Assembly (NCBI GenBank): GCA_043826435.1 | Contig: JBDRQF010000017.1 | Coordinates: forward strand, 1-46,890 | Direction: 5' to 3' | From: Elusimicrobiota bacterium | GTDB taxonomy: Bacteria > Elusimicrobiota > Endomicrobiia > CG1-02-37-114 > JAHJSO01 | DNA length: 46,890 nt | Part shown: positions 8,828-18,147 of the stretch, piece after piece | Layout: the number at the start of each line of letters is the position of its first letter | Numbering within the stretch: the stretch's first letter is position 1 | Position numbers and translations under genes: made by a program | Notes under the pieces: model-generated | Database searches by the model: none | The model's input: only the letters and a program-made list of their open reading frames with translations | Told to the model about the DNA's origin: nothing

Positions 8828-11809
8828 CTACTTCTTTCTTATAAAGTCGGATGCTTTTCCGGGTGAGTCCATAAACCACAGGTCATACTGTCCTTTCAGC
8901 ATCTGCGGGGTATCAACGACAATTTTATCCATCTCCGGGAGCGCCTTTTCAATGGTCTCTAAATAAAGCCGTGCACGCGTTGCGCCGCGGCCCAGCCAGT
9001 ATGAGCGGACAACCTTTTCAAACCTATCGGACTCTCCCACCGCCTTTTGTATCCTTTCAACGCCGTAACCGTGCGCCTCGTTCACCATTTCTGCAAATCT
9101 CCCTTCCGACCATGGGATTGCCTCGTTAAAATATCCGCGTGATTCATTTATCAGCCGGTCCATATCCTCCCGGGCGCTAAATACATCCCTGAAGGCGGGC
9201 ACAACTTCAACCGGCGGATGGATGTCTTCAAGCAGGACATTAAGGACTTCAACCCCGACCTCGTAAGCATCAAGAAAGCCCTGTATTTTTCCTTTGATGA
9301 ATCCCTGCAGGCGGCTCCTTTCAATGGTAAGGATATCGTCCAGAGGAATCCCCGCAATGGTCTCCCGTGTGACGGATTCGCTTAACCTATGGATTATCTC
9401 CACCGGCTTGTTGGTATTAAAAACGAAATCATAGGGCGTCCTGACCCGCCACTGGACAACCAGGTTAACGTCCAGCAGATTTTCATCGCCCGTTACAAGG
9501 ATGGCTTCCTCAAGTTTTTTTTCATACATACCGTAAATATGCAAACTTTCCCACAGGCGGACCCTTTCCGCTATTTCAGGCGTTATATCCCGGACGCCTG
9601 CCTTTGACCTGAACCCTATTTCCATACGCCTGACACCTTTCGTATTCACCTTTATTATTTTCTCAAATGGGTAAGGCAGGCAATACTGCAATCCCTGACT
9701 GACAACCGGTTTAACGACCTTGTTAAACCGCAGTTTAATGCCCTGCTCGTCAATGTTTATTATGTAAAAACCCGAAAAGACATATAAAACAGCAACTGCG
9801 ATAACGCACCATTTAATGATTATTTTCCTGTTGGTCTTAATAAACTGCGCATATTTTCCCCATTCAGGCATGATATTCCATCCGGTTAATTCCCAGAATT
9901 TGCGTTTAAGTTGTTTAAACTTCTCAATGAGCAACCTTGTAAGACGGCGGTAATTCAGCAACCTTGAAGAGTTCAGGGTTACAATGACGGTTGCAACCTC
10001 GTGCAGGAGGACGCCTGTCAGCATGTTCAGGGCGCCCATCGTCGCGGCAATTATCATGCCAAAAGAAGATATAAACGCTATCCAGAGATTCTGGTGTATT
10101 ATCCTTCTGGTCTTCCTGCCTATAACCACGACATCCGATATTCTTGTAAGGTTGTCGCTCATAAGGGCGACGTCCGATGCGACCAACGTAATGTCCGTAG
10201 CCGAAACGCCCATCGCTATACCTACGTTTGCAGTTGCAAGGGCGGGCCCGTCGTTTATACCGTCACCGACCATCGCTACCCTGTGGTTTTCGCTTATAAT
10301 CTGCCGGATTTTTGCAACCTTGTCTTCAGGCATCTGGTTGGCGATGACTTCGTCAATACCCACTTCCTTCGCCACGGCGGATGCAACGTACTGGTTGTCG
10401 CCCGTTGAGAGTATGAACCTTGAAATACCTAATTGTTTAAGGGCGGCTATCGCCTGCCTTGATGTCTCGCGGACAATGTCCGCAAGGGTTATGATACCGC
10501 ATATTTTGTCATCATGGGCTATGACCAGGGCTGTTTCGCCCATTTTTTCCCTGCTGTCAACATAATCTTCAACGTTAGGGGGGACAGGGACGCAGCAGTC
10601 CTTCATTATTCTTCTGTTCCCCACAATAACCCTTGCCCCGCCTGAAGTTATTACAACCCCCATGCCTTTCCTGATTTCAACCGTATCGGGTTTCTTAACC
10701 GGGACGTCTTTTTCTTTTGCGTAAAGGACTATCGCCTGGCCCAACGGGTGTTCGGACAAACTCTCCGCTGTGGCGGCAAACGAGAGCAATTCCTGCTCTG
10801 AGTGCGAACAGAACCTCTTTATTGCAATTAGTTTTAGTTTACCTCTGGTGAGCGTGCCTGTTTTATCAAATATAAACGTATCCAGAATGCCTACGGATTC
10901 AAGGGCTTCGCCGCCGCGGATAAGTATGCCCTGTTTCGCTGCACTGGTAATGGCGGCAATTACCGCACTCGGAGTGCCTATGACAAAGGCGCAGGGACAA
11001 ACGATAATAAGAAGGGTTATCGCCCGGATTATATCGGAGGTTATAAGATATACAATGCCTACAAAGATAAGCGTAATTGGTATAATCCATATCGCGTACC
11101 TGTCAACAAGCCGGGCCGTGGGCGCCTTTTTCTCAAGCGCCTCCTCGGTCATTTTCTTGATTTTGACAATCGTGCTCGCCTCACCTACATTGGTGGCTTT
11201 TATCTCAATCGTTCCCGTTTCAACTATCGTCCCTGAGATAACGGTGTCGTCCAGGGTTTTATCAACCGGGACAGATTCCCCTGTAATCTGAGCCTGATTC
11301 ACGACTGCCGAACCATAGACAATTACGCCGTCAACGGATATCCACTCTCCTGATCGGACAATAACAATATCGCCTTCCCGCACATCAGAAAGTTTCACCT
11401 CAACGATGTCCGTCCCCTTACGCAGGGAAACCCTGTCCGGCAACAAACTCAGGAGTTTTTCAAGTTCCCTGCGGGCTTTCTCCACCGTGTAATCCTCCAT
11501 AAAATCGCCCAGCAGGTGAATAAACAGGACGGTGGCGGACTCCATCGGGTAACCGACTATTACGGCGCCGATTGCAGCCATACTCACAAGCGTATCAATG
11601 TTAAGGGATTTTGAAAGGAGGTCGCGGATTGTAATCGTAAGGACGGGTATTATGCCAAGCGCAAAACCCGCATACGCAAATATTTTTGACAGTCCTGTCC
11701 GGCCTGTGAGGAAAAGTATCCATGACGCCAGGACCAAAACAAACAGGACGATAGCGAGTATCTTTTTGAGTTTTTGTTTTATCGGAACTGATATTTTTAT
11801 GGGTGACAT
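8828..11809 (-). CDS. P1B-type heavy-metal P-type ATPase fused at its C-terminus to an HflK-like SPFH/band-7 domain.
   Basis: ATPase motifs TGES, CPC (IVCPCAFVIGTP), DKTGTLT and GDGINDGPAL. No N-terminal metal-binding domain. After the last ATPase transmembrane helix there is another helix, then a prohibitin-type domain (YIINIDEQGIKLRFNKVV...) like the HflK encoded downstream. The ORF track starts at a TTG at 11848 inside a GC hairpin. I chose ATG 11809 (MSPIKISVP); the start remains uncertain. Confidence 0.7.
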   Translation of the reverse strand: MSPIKISVPIKQKLKKILAIVLFVLVLASWILFLTGRTGLSKIFAYAGFALGIIPVLTITIRDLLSKSLNIDTLVSMAAIGAVIVGYPMESATVLFIHLLGDFMEDYTVEKARRELEKLLSLLPDRVSLRKGTDIVEVKLSDVREGDIVIVRSGEWISVDGVIVYGSAVVNQAQITGESVPVDKTLDDTVISGTIVETGTIEIKATNVGEASTIVKIKKMTEEALEKKAPTARLVDRYAIWIIPITLIFVGIVYLITSDIIRAITLLIIVCPCAFVIGTPSAVIAAITSAAKQGILIRGGEALESVGILDTFIFDKTGTLTRGKLKLIAIKRFCSHSEQELLSFAATAESLSEHPLGQAIVLYAKEKDVPVKKPDTVEIRKGMGVVITSGGARVIVGNRRIMKDCCVPVPPNVEDYVDSREKMGETALVIAHDDKICGIITLADIVRETSRQAIAALKQLGISRFILSTGDNQYVASAVAKEVGIDEVIANQMPEDKVAKIRQIISENHRVAMVGDGINDGPALATANVGIAMGVSATDITLVASDVALMSDNLTRISDVVVIGRKTRRIIHQNLWIAFISSFGMIIAATMGALNMLTGVLLHEVATVIVTLNSSRLLNYRRLTRLLIEKFKQLKRKFWELTGWNIMPEWGKYAQFIKTNRKIIIKWCVIAVAVLYVFSGFYIINIDEQGIKLRFNKVVKPVVSQGLQYCLPYPFEKIIKVNTKGVRRMEIGFRSKAGVRDITPEIAERVRLWESLHIYGMYEKKLEEAILVTGDENLLDVNLVVQWRVRTPYDFVFNTNKPVEIIHRLSESVTRETIAGIPLDDILTIERSRLQGFIKGKIQGFLDAYEVGVEVLNVLLEDIHPPVEVVPAFRDVFSAREDMDRLINESRGYFNEAIPWSEGRFAEMVNEAHGYGVERIQKAVGESDRFEKVVRSYWLGRGATRARLYLETIEKALPEMDKIVVDTPQMLKGQYDLWFMDSPGKASDFIRKK

Positions 11810-11820
11810 TTTAATAGTGT

Positions 11821-11848
11821 CATTGCGAGGGGCGAAGCCCCGAAGCAA
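11821..11848. repeat. GC-rich hairpin motif, copy 1. On the minus strand it reads ATTGCTTCGGGGCTTCGCCCCTCGCAAT, an ATTGC/GCAAT outer stem plus a GGGGC-TTC-GCCCC inner stem. It lies 12 nt upstream of the ATPase ATG.
   Basis: A second copy sits at 41547-41576. The motif is palindromic, so it would fold in transcripts from either strand. Confidence 0.5.
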
Positions 11849-11900
11849 TCCCCCTGTCTTATGCGTGCAACATCATACACATATTCGCACGTCCCTTATG

Positions 11901-12746
11901 CTAATTATTGCACCGTTCTTTCAGATTGTCTATTAACTGTCCTATTGTTAACGGGATTTTATTCCCGTCACCCTGAATTATTTTCAAGTCCATCATTTTC
12001 CAGAATAATTCAACCACAACGGGCGGGCTGAAATTTTTATTGTTCAGGACGTTCCTGTCCTTAAAAAAATCGGCGGGGGCAGAACTTGCCTTTACTCTGC
12101 CGGTATCCAGAAATACAAGTTTATCAACAAAACCAGCCAGACGGTTCAAATTAAACGTGGTTAGAACGATCGTTAGTTTTTCTTCTTCATTCAGTTTTTT
12201 CAGAAAATCCAGCAACCTTGTCTCCGAATCAGGGTCAAGCGGACTTGTCGGTTCGTCAAGCAGAATAATCTCGGGTCTCATTGCAAGGACGCCTGCAATC
12301 GCCACCTTCTGCTTCTGACCGTAAGAAAGGGTATGTACGGGAGAGTCCCTGTTTTCCGTCATGCCAATAATTTCAAGCGACTCATCAACCCTTTCCCTGA
12401 CCTTATCTTCCTGTAAACCTAAGTTCATCGGGCCAAAAGCAATGTCCTGAAATACGTTTGCTGAAAACAACTGGTCGTCCGGGTTCTGGAATACAATGCC
12501 TATCTTTGAAAACCTCTCTTTTTCATCTATACCCAGAATGTCCTTACCTTCAAGCAGTACCTTGCCGGACGACGGTTTATAGAGGCCGCACAGCGTGTTC
12601 AGCAGGGTGGTTTTGCCGCTCCCATTGGGGCCGTATATACAAACGACCTCGCCTTTTTCAATATTTAATGAAATATCGTTAAGGACAAACGGGCCAGGAG
12701 CCCCTTCATACTTGTAACACAGATTTTCCGTTCTTAATACTTCCAT
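11901..12746 (-). CDS. ECF/cobalt-type ABC transporter ATP-binding protein (EcfA/CbiO-like).
   Basis: Walker A GPNGSGKTTLL, signature LSYGQKQKV, Walker B ILLDEPTS. Length and C-terminus fit the CbiO/EcfA family. Confidence 0.8.
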   Translation of the reverse strand: MEVLRTENLCYKYEGAPGPFVLNDISLNIEKGEVVCIYGPNGSGKTTLLNTLCGLYKPSSGKVLLEGKDILGIDEKERFSKIGIVFQNPDDQLFSANVFQDIAFGPMNLGLQEDKVRERVDESLEIIGMTENRDSPVHTLSYGQKQKVAIAGVLAMRPEIILLDEPTSPLDPDSETRLLDFLKKLNEEEKLTIVLTTFNLNRLAGFVDKLVFLDTGRVKASSAPADFFKDRNVLNNKNFSPPVVVELFWKMMDLKIIQGDGNKIPLTIGQLIDNLKERCNN

Positions 12747-12805
12747 ATATTATTCATTATATTATTCATTCTAAAAATCGGGTTTTTTAGAACCATACTC
12801 ATCAC

Positions 12806-13567
12806 TCATTTCAGCAGGAACAATACAAAAGCAATCGCCACTGACACAAGAATGAATCTGAAATCATAGTCAGTAAGCCGCTTCGGCGCCAGAAAGTACA
12901 TATCCCCCCTGTAACCCCTGGCGCTCAATGCGCGCTGAATCCTTTTACCCCTGTCATAAGACCTTAAAACAAGCATCCCGCCCAGTACTCCCAGCGATTT
13001 TATTTTCCTGCTGAAAGAAGCATACCCCAAACGGATCCGCTGAGCGAACATTATTGCCGACGCCTCCTCAAAAAGGACAAATATCTGCCTGTACATAAAG
13101 GTGGTGATTTCGGTGAATACCCTCGGCAAACCGAAATTTTTTAATGTCTGCATGGACTCCTCAAACGGGATTGAAAATGACATCGTTATAATCAACGAGA
13201 CGCCGCCGATAATCCTGAAAAATATACCTATGCCTTTCCGTAGCCCCCCGCTGTAAGCGACGACGTTGAACACCGTGAAAACCGGCTCGCCATCACGGAG
13301 CAAAAACATCTGCGTTACGATGACGAAAAAACCGATAACCGCAGGAAAAATCATTCTGTAAACGAATGCCCGGAACGGAACTTTTAATGAAAACATAATT
13401 GCGCCCGACAGGGTAAGGATTAACAGCGGCACAATGTCCCGCGTTGAAATCAGGTTAAGAAAGAGCAAAACAATCGCAAAAACAAATTTTACCCTGGTAT
13501 CAATCCTTGAAAACCAGTTATCCCTGTTACACGCGCTCCCGAAAATGTGTCCTGCAAGATGGGTCAT
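12806..13567 (-). CDS. ECF transporter transmembrane T component (EcfT/CbiQ-like).
   Basis: Polytopic membrane protein of about 250 aa directly upstream of the EcfA-like gene. No S component or second ATPase is present in the window. Confidence 0.7.
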   Translation of the reverse strand: MTHLAGHIFGSACNRDNWFSRIDTRVKFVFAIVLLFLNLISTRDIVPLLILTLSGAIMFSLKVPFRAFVYRMIFPAVIGFFVIVTQMFLLRDGEPVFTVFNVVAYSGGLRKGIGIFFRIIGGVSLIITMSFSIPFEESMQTLKNFGLPRVFTEITTFMYRQIFVLFEEASAIMFAQRIRLGYASFSRKIKSLGVLGGMLVLRSYDRGKRIQRALSARGYRGDMYFLAPKRLTDYDFRFILVSVAIAFVLFLLK

Positions 13568-13568
13568 T

Positions 13569-14579
13569 TTATTTTATTACGGGCAAGTTTGAAGACTCAT
13601 CGTCAAACATCAGGAATTTCAGGTCAAGCCCGCGCCGTCCGCTTAAAGGGTCAACGATATAGAGTTTTATGTTCGGCATCAACTCTTCCATTGTCTCAAG
13701 ATAAAGCCGTGTTTTTGTAGTGTAGGGCGACCTGCTGTATTCGCTCCTGACGGCATAAAAACGGCTGCTGTCTCCCATTGCCATGTTTATTCTTTCCACA
13801 TGGTACGTTTTCGCCCCTTCAACAAGGACCTGGGCGTTACCGTATGCTATCGGAATTGCCATGTTTGCATACCCCTCGGCCTCGTTGATAAAACGAACCC
13901 TGTCCGCCTGGGCGCTTATAACTTCATTAAAGGAATCCAGTACCTCCTGCGGTGGAATTACCGTTTCCAGCGTAACCGAACGAATCTGGATGCCCGCATT
14001 GTACCTACTAATGGTTTCCTGGGAAACGCTTTTGACCATTTCCTGCACTCTGATTTTTTCAACAGTGAGGACGCTGTCAACGTCCATCCCTGCAACAACC
14101 TTGCTCATCGCCGCCCCCGCTACGTAGCCAAGCAGTCCCCGGGGGTCTTCGCAATTAAAAAGATAAGATGCCGGCTCCAGTATTGTGTATTGTACCATGA
14201 AACTTACGTGGATGAGGTTTTCGTCTCCTGTAAGTATGTCCTCTATTTTTTTGAAATCTTCCTTTTTTAACGGGTCTTTGTAATACCCGACAATTATCCT
14301 CTTTATCTCCTGGACAGGGACCTTGTTCAGGCGTTCAACAGGCCAGGGCAGGCGGTAATGTATGCCGGGCATTATTTTGTCCCTGGCAACCCTGCCGAAC
14401 CTTCTCACAACGCCTTGTTCCTCCGTTTGCACAATGTATAAGCCCGATATTATGTAAAGAAAAACGAGCCCGTATATCGCAAGGAGCATCGGGCTTAATT
14501 GCAACCTATAGATAAACCTTTTAAAATTTTGAATAAAATTGCTGATAAAGACAGACGAAAATTCTTTTATCTTTTTCAT
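13569..14579 (-). CDS. hflK: HflK-like SPFH (band-7/prohibitin) membrane protein.
   Basis: N-terminal transmembrane helix, then an SPFH domain (YIVQTEEQGVVRRFGRVARDKIMPGIHYRLPWPVE) and a coiled C-terminus typical of HflK. Confidence 0.75.
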   Translation of the reverse strand: MKKIKEFSSVFISNFIQNFKRFIYRLQLSPMLLAIYGLVFLYIISGLYIVQTEEQGVVRRFGRVARDKIMPGIHYRLPWPVERLNKVPVQEIKRIIVGYYKDPLKKEDFKKIEDILTGDENLIHVSFMVQYTILEPASYLFNCEDPRGLLGYVAGAAMSKVVAGMDVDSVLTVEKIRVQEMVKSVSQETISRYNAGIQIRSVTLETVIPPQEVLDSFNEVISAQADRVRFINEAEGYANMAIPIAYGNAQVLVEGAKTYHVERINMAMGDSSRFYAVRSEYSRSPYTTKTRLYLETMEELMPNIKLYIVDPLSGRRGLDLKFLMFDDESSNLPVIK

Positions 14580-14632
14580 AAACTTTCAGTGCAGTATTTA
14601 TTCCCCCGTCCGACCCCGCCCTTGTGCCCCTC

Positions 14633-15694
14633 TTATTCCCCGCCGCCTCTTGTCAACACCTTAAGTAGTTCCGAATCAGCAGAAAGGACCATAGTCGTTT
14701 TCTTTTCAAATATCTTCTTATACGTCTCCAGAGTGCGCCAGAACTTGTAAAAATTTACGTCCAGGTTGTGCGCCCTTGTATAGATTTTTGTGGCTTCCGC
14801 ATCGCCTTCCCCCTTGAGTTGTTCGGAAATACGGTATGCATCGGAGATTATCTCCCTCTTTTTGCGGTCCGCCTCTGCAACTATTACCATCCCCCTGCCT
14901 TTACCCTCTGCCCTGTATTTTTTGGCTATCTGTTCCCTCTCGCTCCTCATCCTCCTGTAAACGCTCTCTTTCGTCTGCTCGGGCAAACTTATCCTCCTGA
15001 ACCTCGTATCAGCGACATTTATGCCGTACTGTGCCTTAGATACCGCATTTATTTTTTCAATAACACCGGCTATTATCTCGTCCCTTTTGATTTCATCGGG
15101 ATTTACCGATATTATGGCTGAAAAGGGGTAAGACCCGATTGACGCCCCTATCTCCGAAAGGACCAGGTCCGTCAGGCGGATTTCAGCCCCGGCCCTGTTC
15201 CTGACCGTCTCAAGAAACCTGCGCGGATCACTTATCTTCCAGCACACGAACGCCTCAAGGGTGAGGTTCTTCTTGTCGCTTGTGAGGAACTCCCCCGGCC
15301 TGAAATCTATGGACAGTAACCTCTTGTCAAAATAATGGAGAACGTGCAATGGCGCCGGGAGTTTTACTTTTATCCCCGGTTCCGTAATCGTCCGGACGTA
15401 CCTGCCGAACTGGGTTATTACGGCTATTCTGGTTTCATCCATAGTGAATATCATGGAATTCAGGACAAGGAACACCAGGACTGCGGACACCCAGAAAACA
15501 ATCTTTTGTTTTTTGTCAAACACCCTGTATTTTTCAATTAAGGGGTTAATCCGGCTGTTGAGTTTCATTATCCCCCGCTCCAATAACCTGCCAAGCGGGA
15601 TTAAAATCTTAGCCAGCATGTCCAACAAAAGTTTAAGTTTTGATTTTAATAAATCAGATTTTGGATTCTTATCTTCCCTGTCATTCTGAACCAT
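14633..15694 (-). CDS. hflC: HflC-like SPFH membrane protein.
   Basis: The SPFH domain follows a transmembrane helix (ITQFGRYVRTITEPGIKVKLPAPLHVLHYFD). Start set at ATG 15694 (MVQNDRED) because a strong AAGGAGGA Shine-Dalgarno lies 9 nt upstream. The ORF track starts at 15718. Confidence 0.7.
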   Translation of the reverse strand: MVQNDREDKNPKSDLLKSKLKLLLDMLAKILIPLGRLLERGIMKLNSRINPLIEKYRVFDKKQKIVFWVSAVLVFLVLNSMIFTMDETRIAVITQFGRYVRTITEPGIKVKLPAPLHVLHYFDKRLLSIDFRPGEFLTSDKKNLTLEAFVCWKISDPRRFLETVRNRAGAEIRLTDLVLSEIGASIGSYPFSAIISVNPDEIKRDEIIAGVIEKINAVSKAQYGINVADTRFRRISLPEQTKESVYRRMRSEREQIAKKYRAEGKGRGMVIVAEADRKKREIISDAYRISEQLKGEGDAEATKIYTRAHNLDVNFYKFWRTLETYKKIFEKKTTMVLSADSELLKVLTRGGGE

Positions 15695-15774
15695 TCGGGT
15701 AGTCCTCCTTGTGTGCAACTACTCACTGAAATCTGTCATTGCAACCGTTGTCACTGCAACAATTGTCGTTTGGA

Positions 15775-15803
15775 ATTTTAGCAAATCGGGTTTCAAATGT
15801 CAA
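15775..15803 (-). promoter_or_regulatory. Sigma70-type promoter for the hflC operon, TTGACA (15803..15798) - 17 nt - TAAAAT (15780..15775). The -35 hexamer sits inside a REP-like repeat copy.
   Basis: Consensus hexamers at exact spacing, about 80 nt upstream of the hflC start. Confidence 0.5.
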
Positions 15804-15830
15804 GTCCTGACCCATTGATAACCCCATGAC
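15791..15830 (-). repeat. REP-like dispersed repeat, copy A (plus-strand core caaatgtcaagtcctgaccc, then a cccattgata/accccatgac tail).
   Basis: Member of the family GGGGTCAGGTCTTG(A)CAT(CAT)TTGACA seen at least 10 times in the window. Confidence 0.7.
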
Positions 15831-15850
15831 TCGGGGACAGGACTGTTTGC

Positions 15851-15890
15851 CAAATGATGCAAGACCTGCCCATAACGTGGCACCATAACC
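15851..15890 (-). repeat. REP-like dispersed repeat, copy B (caaatgatgcaagacctgccc variant).
   Basis: Same family in the ATGATGCAAG variant. It lies between the nucleotidyltransferase stop and the hflC promoter. Confidence 0.65.
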
Positions 15891-15905
15891 CGCTGCCCCC
15901 ATAAC

Positions 15906-17111
15906 CTAACCGCTCCGCTGCCACTGCTTCGCATTGACCAGACATTCCTTCAGCAACAGAAGAAACAATCCCCTGTCTATTTTCCTGATTCCGTCAACCT
16001 CTCCTATAATGACGTTCGGCGATAACACCAGCGAGTAATAATTGGAAGCCGTTTCCAGGTGCAAGGAGTTAGCCACACATTCAAATGCACTGCGGGTAAC
16101 GAGGAAAGGCGGCGGCCCGAAAAAGGCGGGCTCTCTCTTTCTGCGGTCCTTTACAACCCCAATCACCCCTCTGATTTCTGCGGGCGTAATGCCGTCTTTC
16201 AGGACTACATAAGTGTATTCGCGGGAGTGTGATTGTATGACCGACAGAATGAGACCGTCTGAATTATTTATAGTATCTTCCATTTCTTTCCAGTTTTGGT
16301 TGCTTCTAATTTTAAATCCTTCATCATATCCGATAAAAATTTCTTTTGACAGCCGTTTCGCATAATTATCAAGGAGGAGTATCGCGGAAACATAAGCCCT
16401 TTCATGACCCCCGGAAGCCGTAACGTCTCCGGAAACTGCAACATCCCCTCCAGCCGCCACTTCCACACCAGCCTCAACGTCCCCGCCAGCCGCGACGTCC
16501 CCGCCGTTAATAAAACCGCCTGCTGTTTTGGACATATCCGCAAACGCCTTTTTATATATGTGGCTTTCCCTTCTACTATTTTTCAATCCATCAAGCCAAA
16601 AAAAACGAACTATATAATGATACGATTTTAACATCTCATTAAAAACATCCATTTTATGTTTTCTCTCATTTAAGACATACTCGGGGACATTTAACTTACT
16701 GCCGTATAAAATTTTCCAGTTATTTTTTATTTCCAGCGCCCTGATGTCGCCATGCATGGCATAGTCATTAAGTTCTCCCGCGGTTGACACCTGGACCTCC
16801 CCGAGGAACGGCAAATATCTTTTCCAGAAATTATACTTCTTCCAAAAACTTTTAAGGAAGTTCTTCTCTGCATCGGGCTCCATTTCGTCAATCAGCACAA
16901 ACAAATCAATGTCGCTGTAACCAGGTGCCCACTTGCCGGACACCATGCTCCTCCTTGAACATATCGCTTTGATTTCTTTGTATCTTTTTATCCGGGAGAC
17001 AACCAGATTAAGCCCCGCAACATAAACGGCTTCGTATGCCTTCCTGAAAGCAGGCACCCCGTTTGTGCCTAAAACAAAACCCTCAATTATTCTTTTTAAT
17101 ATCCGGCTCAT
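15906..17111 (-). CDS. Nucleotidyltransferase-fold domain protein with an internal Gly/Ala/Asp/Val low-complexity insert.
   Basis: GYSDIDLFVLID resembles the Pol-beta/MNT-type GS-x-DxD nucleotidyltransferase motif. Start trimmed to ATG 17111 (MSRILK), which overlaps the upstream radical SAM stop as ATGA. The longer ORF would overlap that gene by 118 nt. Confidence 0.55.
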   Translation of the reverse strand: MSRILKRIIEGFVLGTNGVPAFRKAYEAVYVAGLNLVVSRIKRYKEIKAICSRRSMVSGKWAPGYSDIDLFVLIDEMEPDAEKNFLKSFWKKYNFWKRYLPFLGEVQVSTAGELNDYAMHGDIRALEIKNNWKILYGSKLNVPEYVLNERKHKMDVFNEMLKSYHYIVRFFWLDGLKNSRRESHIYKKAFADMSKTAGGFINGGDVAAGGDVEAGVEVAAGGDVAVSGDVTASGGHERAYVSAILLLDNYAKRLSKEIFIGYDEGFKIRSNQNWKEMEDTINNSDGLILSVIQSHSREYTYVVLKDGITPAEIRGVIGVVKDRRKREPAFFGPPPFLVTRSAFECVANSLHLETASNYYSLVLSPNVIIGEVDGIRKIDRGLFLLLLKECLVNAKQWQRSG

Positions 17112-18139
17112 TTTTTGCCGACGACGGCGCTGTTCAGCATATACCCTGCGGCGCAACACAGCCAGCAATGACATTCCCTCTTCCCGAAGAACTCTCTTAA
17201 TTTGTCCGCCTTTTCTGAAAACCACAGGTCATCAAATTTTTCCTTTTTGATATTGCCGATTGTCTTATCCTTGTGGACGGGGCACATATAAAGGCCGCCG
17301 TACGGGTCAACCATCGCAAATTTCTCGCCGCAGGGGCAATCTTGAAAATATCTTTTGGGCTGTTTAACATATTTAAGCAAATAATGCCACGGCAAAAGCG
17401 GGTAAATATCCCCTGTTTCTCCATAAATCGCCTGCATAATCTTCCGGACCTGTTTATCCACTGTTCTTAATTTGTCTTCCGTCCATAACATTCTTTTTAT
17501 ATCCCTTTTTTGAACAAAAACCTGAAATCCCATATTCCATTTTTGTTCTTTTGCCTTTTGATAGACCGGCAAAATCTGATCGTAATTCCCCGGCGACAGA
17601 GTGAAGGTAAAGGTTATATGGACAGGGAATGTTTTCTTTATCGTGTTAACGGTATTTAATAAACGCTCATACGCCCCTCTTTTACCCCTTATTCTGTCAT
17701 GTCCTGTGCCAATGCCGTCAAGCGATGTCCCAAGTAAAATTTTGCCGACGGGGACTTCCGTAAATATCTCCCCGAGTTTTTTTAATATGATACTTTTATT
17801 CATCAGGTTGCTTAAAATGATAATTTCTGCATCCGGGGATGCCTTTGAAAAGAACCTGCATATTTCAACGAAATCATCCCTTAGCCACGGTTCTCCCCCC
17901 GAAAGGATTACCCTTTTTACGTTTTTCAGGTATCTTGACTCCCGGACGAATCTTTTAATTTCCGTAAATTTAATCTCGTCTTTTTTGTCTTTTTTCTTCC
18001 ACAACTCGCACATCACGCACCTTGAATCGCACCTGTATGTCACTTCTAAGTGTAATTCTTCCGGGGGTGATTTCCGAAGCGGCCCCCTGGGAATATTCTT
18101 TTCAAGTAACGAACAGAGAGCGTCCAGCATTTTTTTCAT
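17108..18139 (-). CDS. Radical SAM enzyme with a C-terminal SPASM-type auxiliary Fe-S domain.
   Basis: CDSRCVMC CxxxCxxC cluster near the N-terminus. Cys-rich C-terminus: CPCGEKFAMVDPYGGLYMCP and CHCWLCCAAGY. Confidence 0.8.
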   Translation of the reverse strand: MKKMLDALCSLLEKNIPRGPLRKSPPEELHLEVTYRCDSRCVMCELWKKKDKKDEIKFTEIKRFVRESRYLKNVKRVILSGGEPWLRDDFVEICRFFSKASPDAEIIILSNLMNKSIILKKLGEIFTEVPVGKILLGTSLDGIGTGHDRIRGKRGAYERLLNTVNTIKKTFPVHITFTFTLSPGNYDQILPVYQKAKEQKWNMGFQVFVQKRDIKRMLWTEDKLRTVDKQVRKIMQAIYGETGDIYPLLPWHYLLKYVKQPKRYFQDCPCGEKFAMVDPYGGLYMCPVHKDKTIGNIKKEKFDDLWFSEKADKLREFFGKRECHCWLCCAAGYMLNSAVVGKK

Positions 18140-18147
18140 GTGATGAT

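Noticed and set aside
9984-11291. Plus-strand ORFs of 193, 135 and 173 aa opposite the P-type ATPase gene.
   Set aside because: Antisense to a well-supported ATPase CDS. Low-complexity translations with no recognisable motifs. Typical shadow ORFs.
11810-11848. TTG start at 11848 used by the ORF track for the ATPase.
   Set aside because: The TTG lies inside the GC hairpin motif, and the encoded 13 residues (MLRGFAPRNDTIK) precede a more typical N-terminus. Kept as an alternative only.
17112-17225. N-terminal 38 codons of ORF 15906-17225.
   Set aside because: Would overlap the radical SAM gene by 118 nt. The ATG at 17111 gives a 4-nt ATGA overlap instead.
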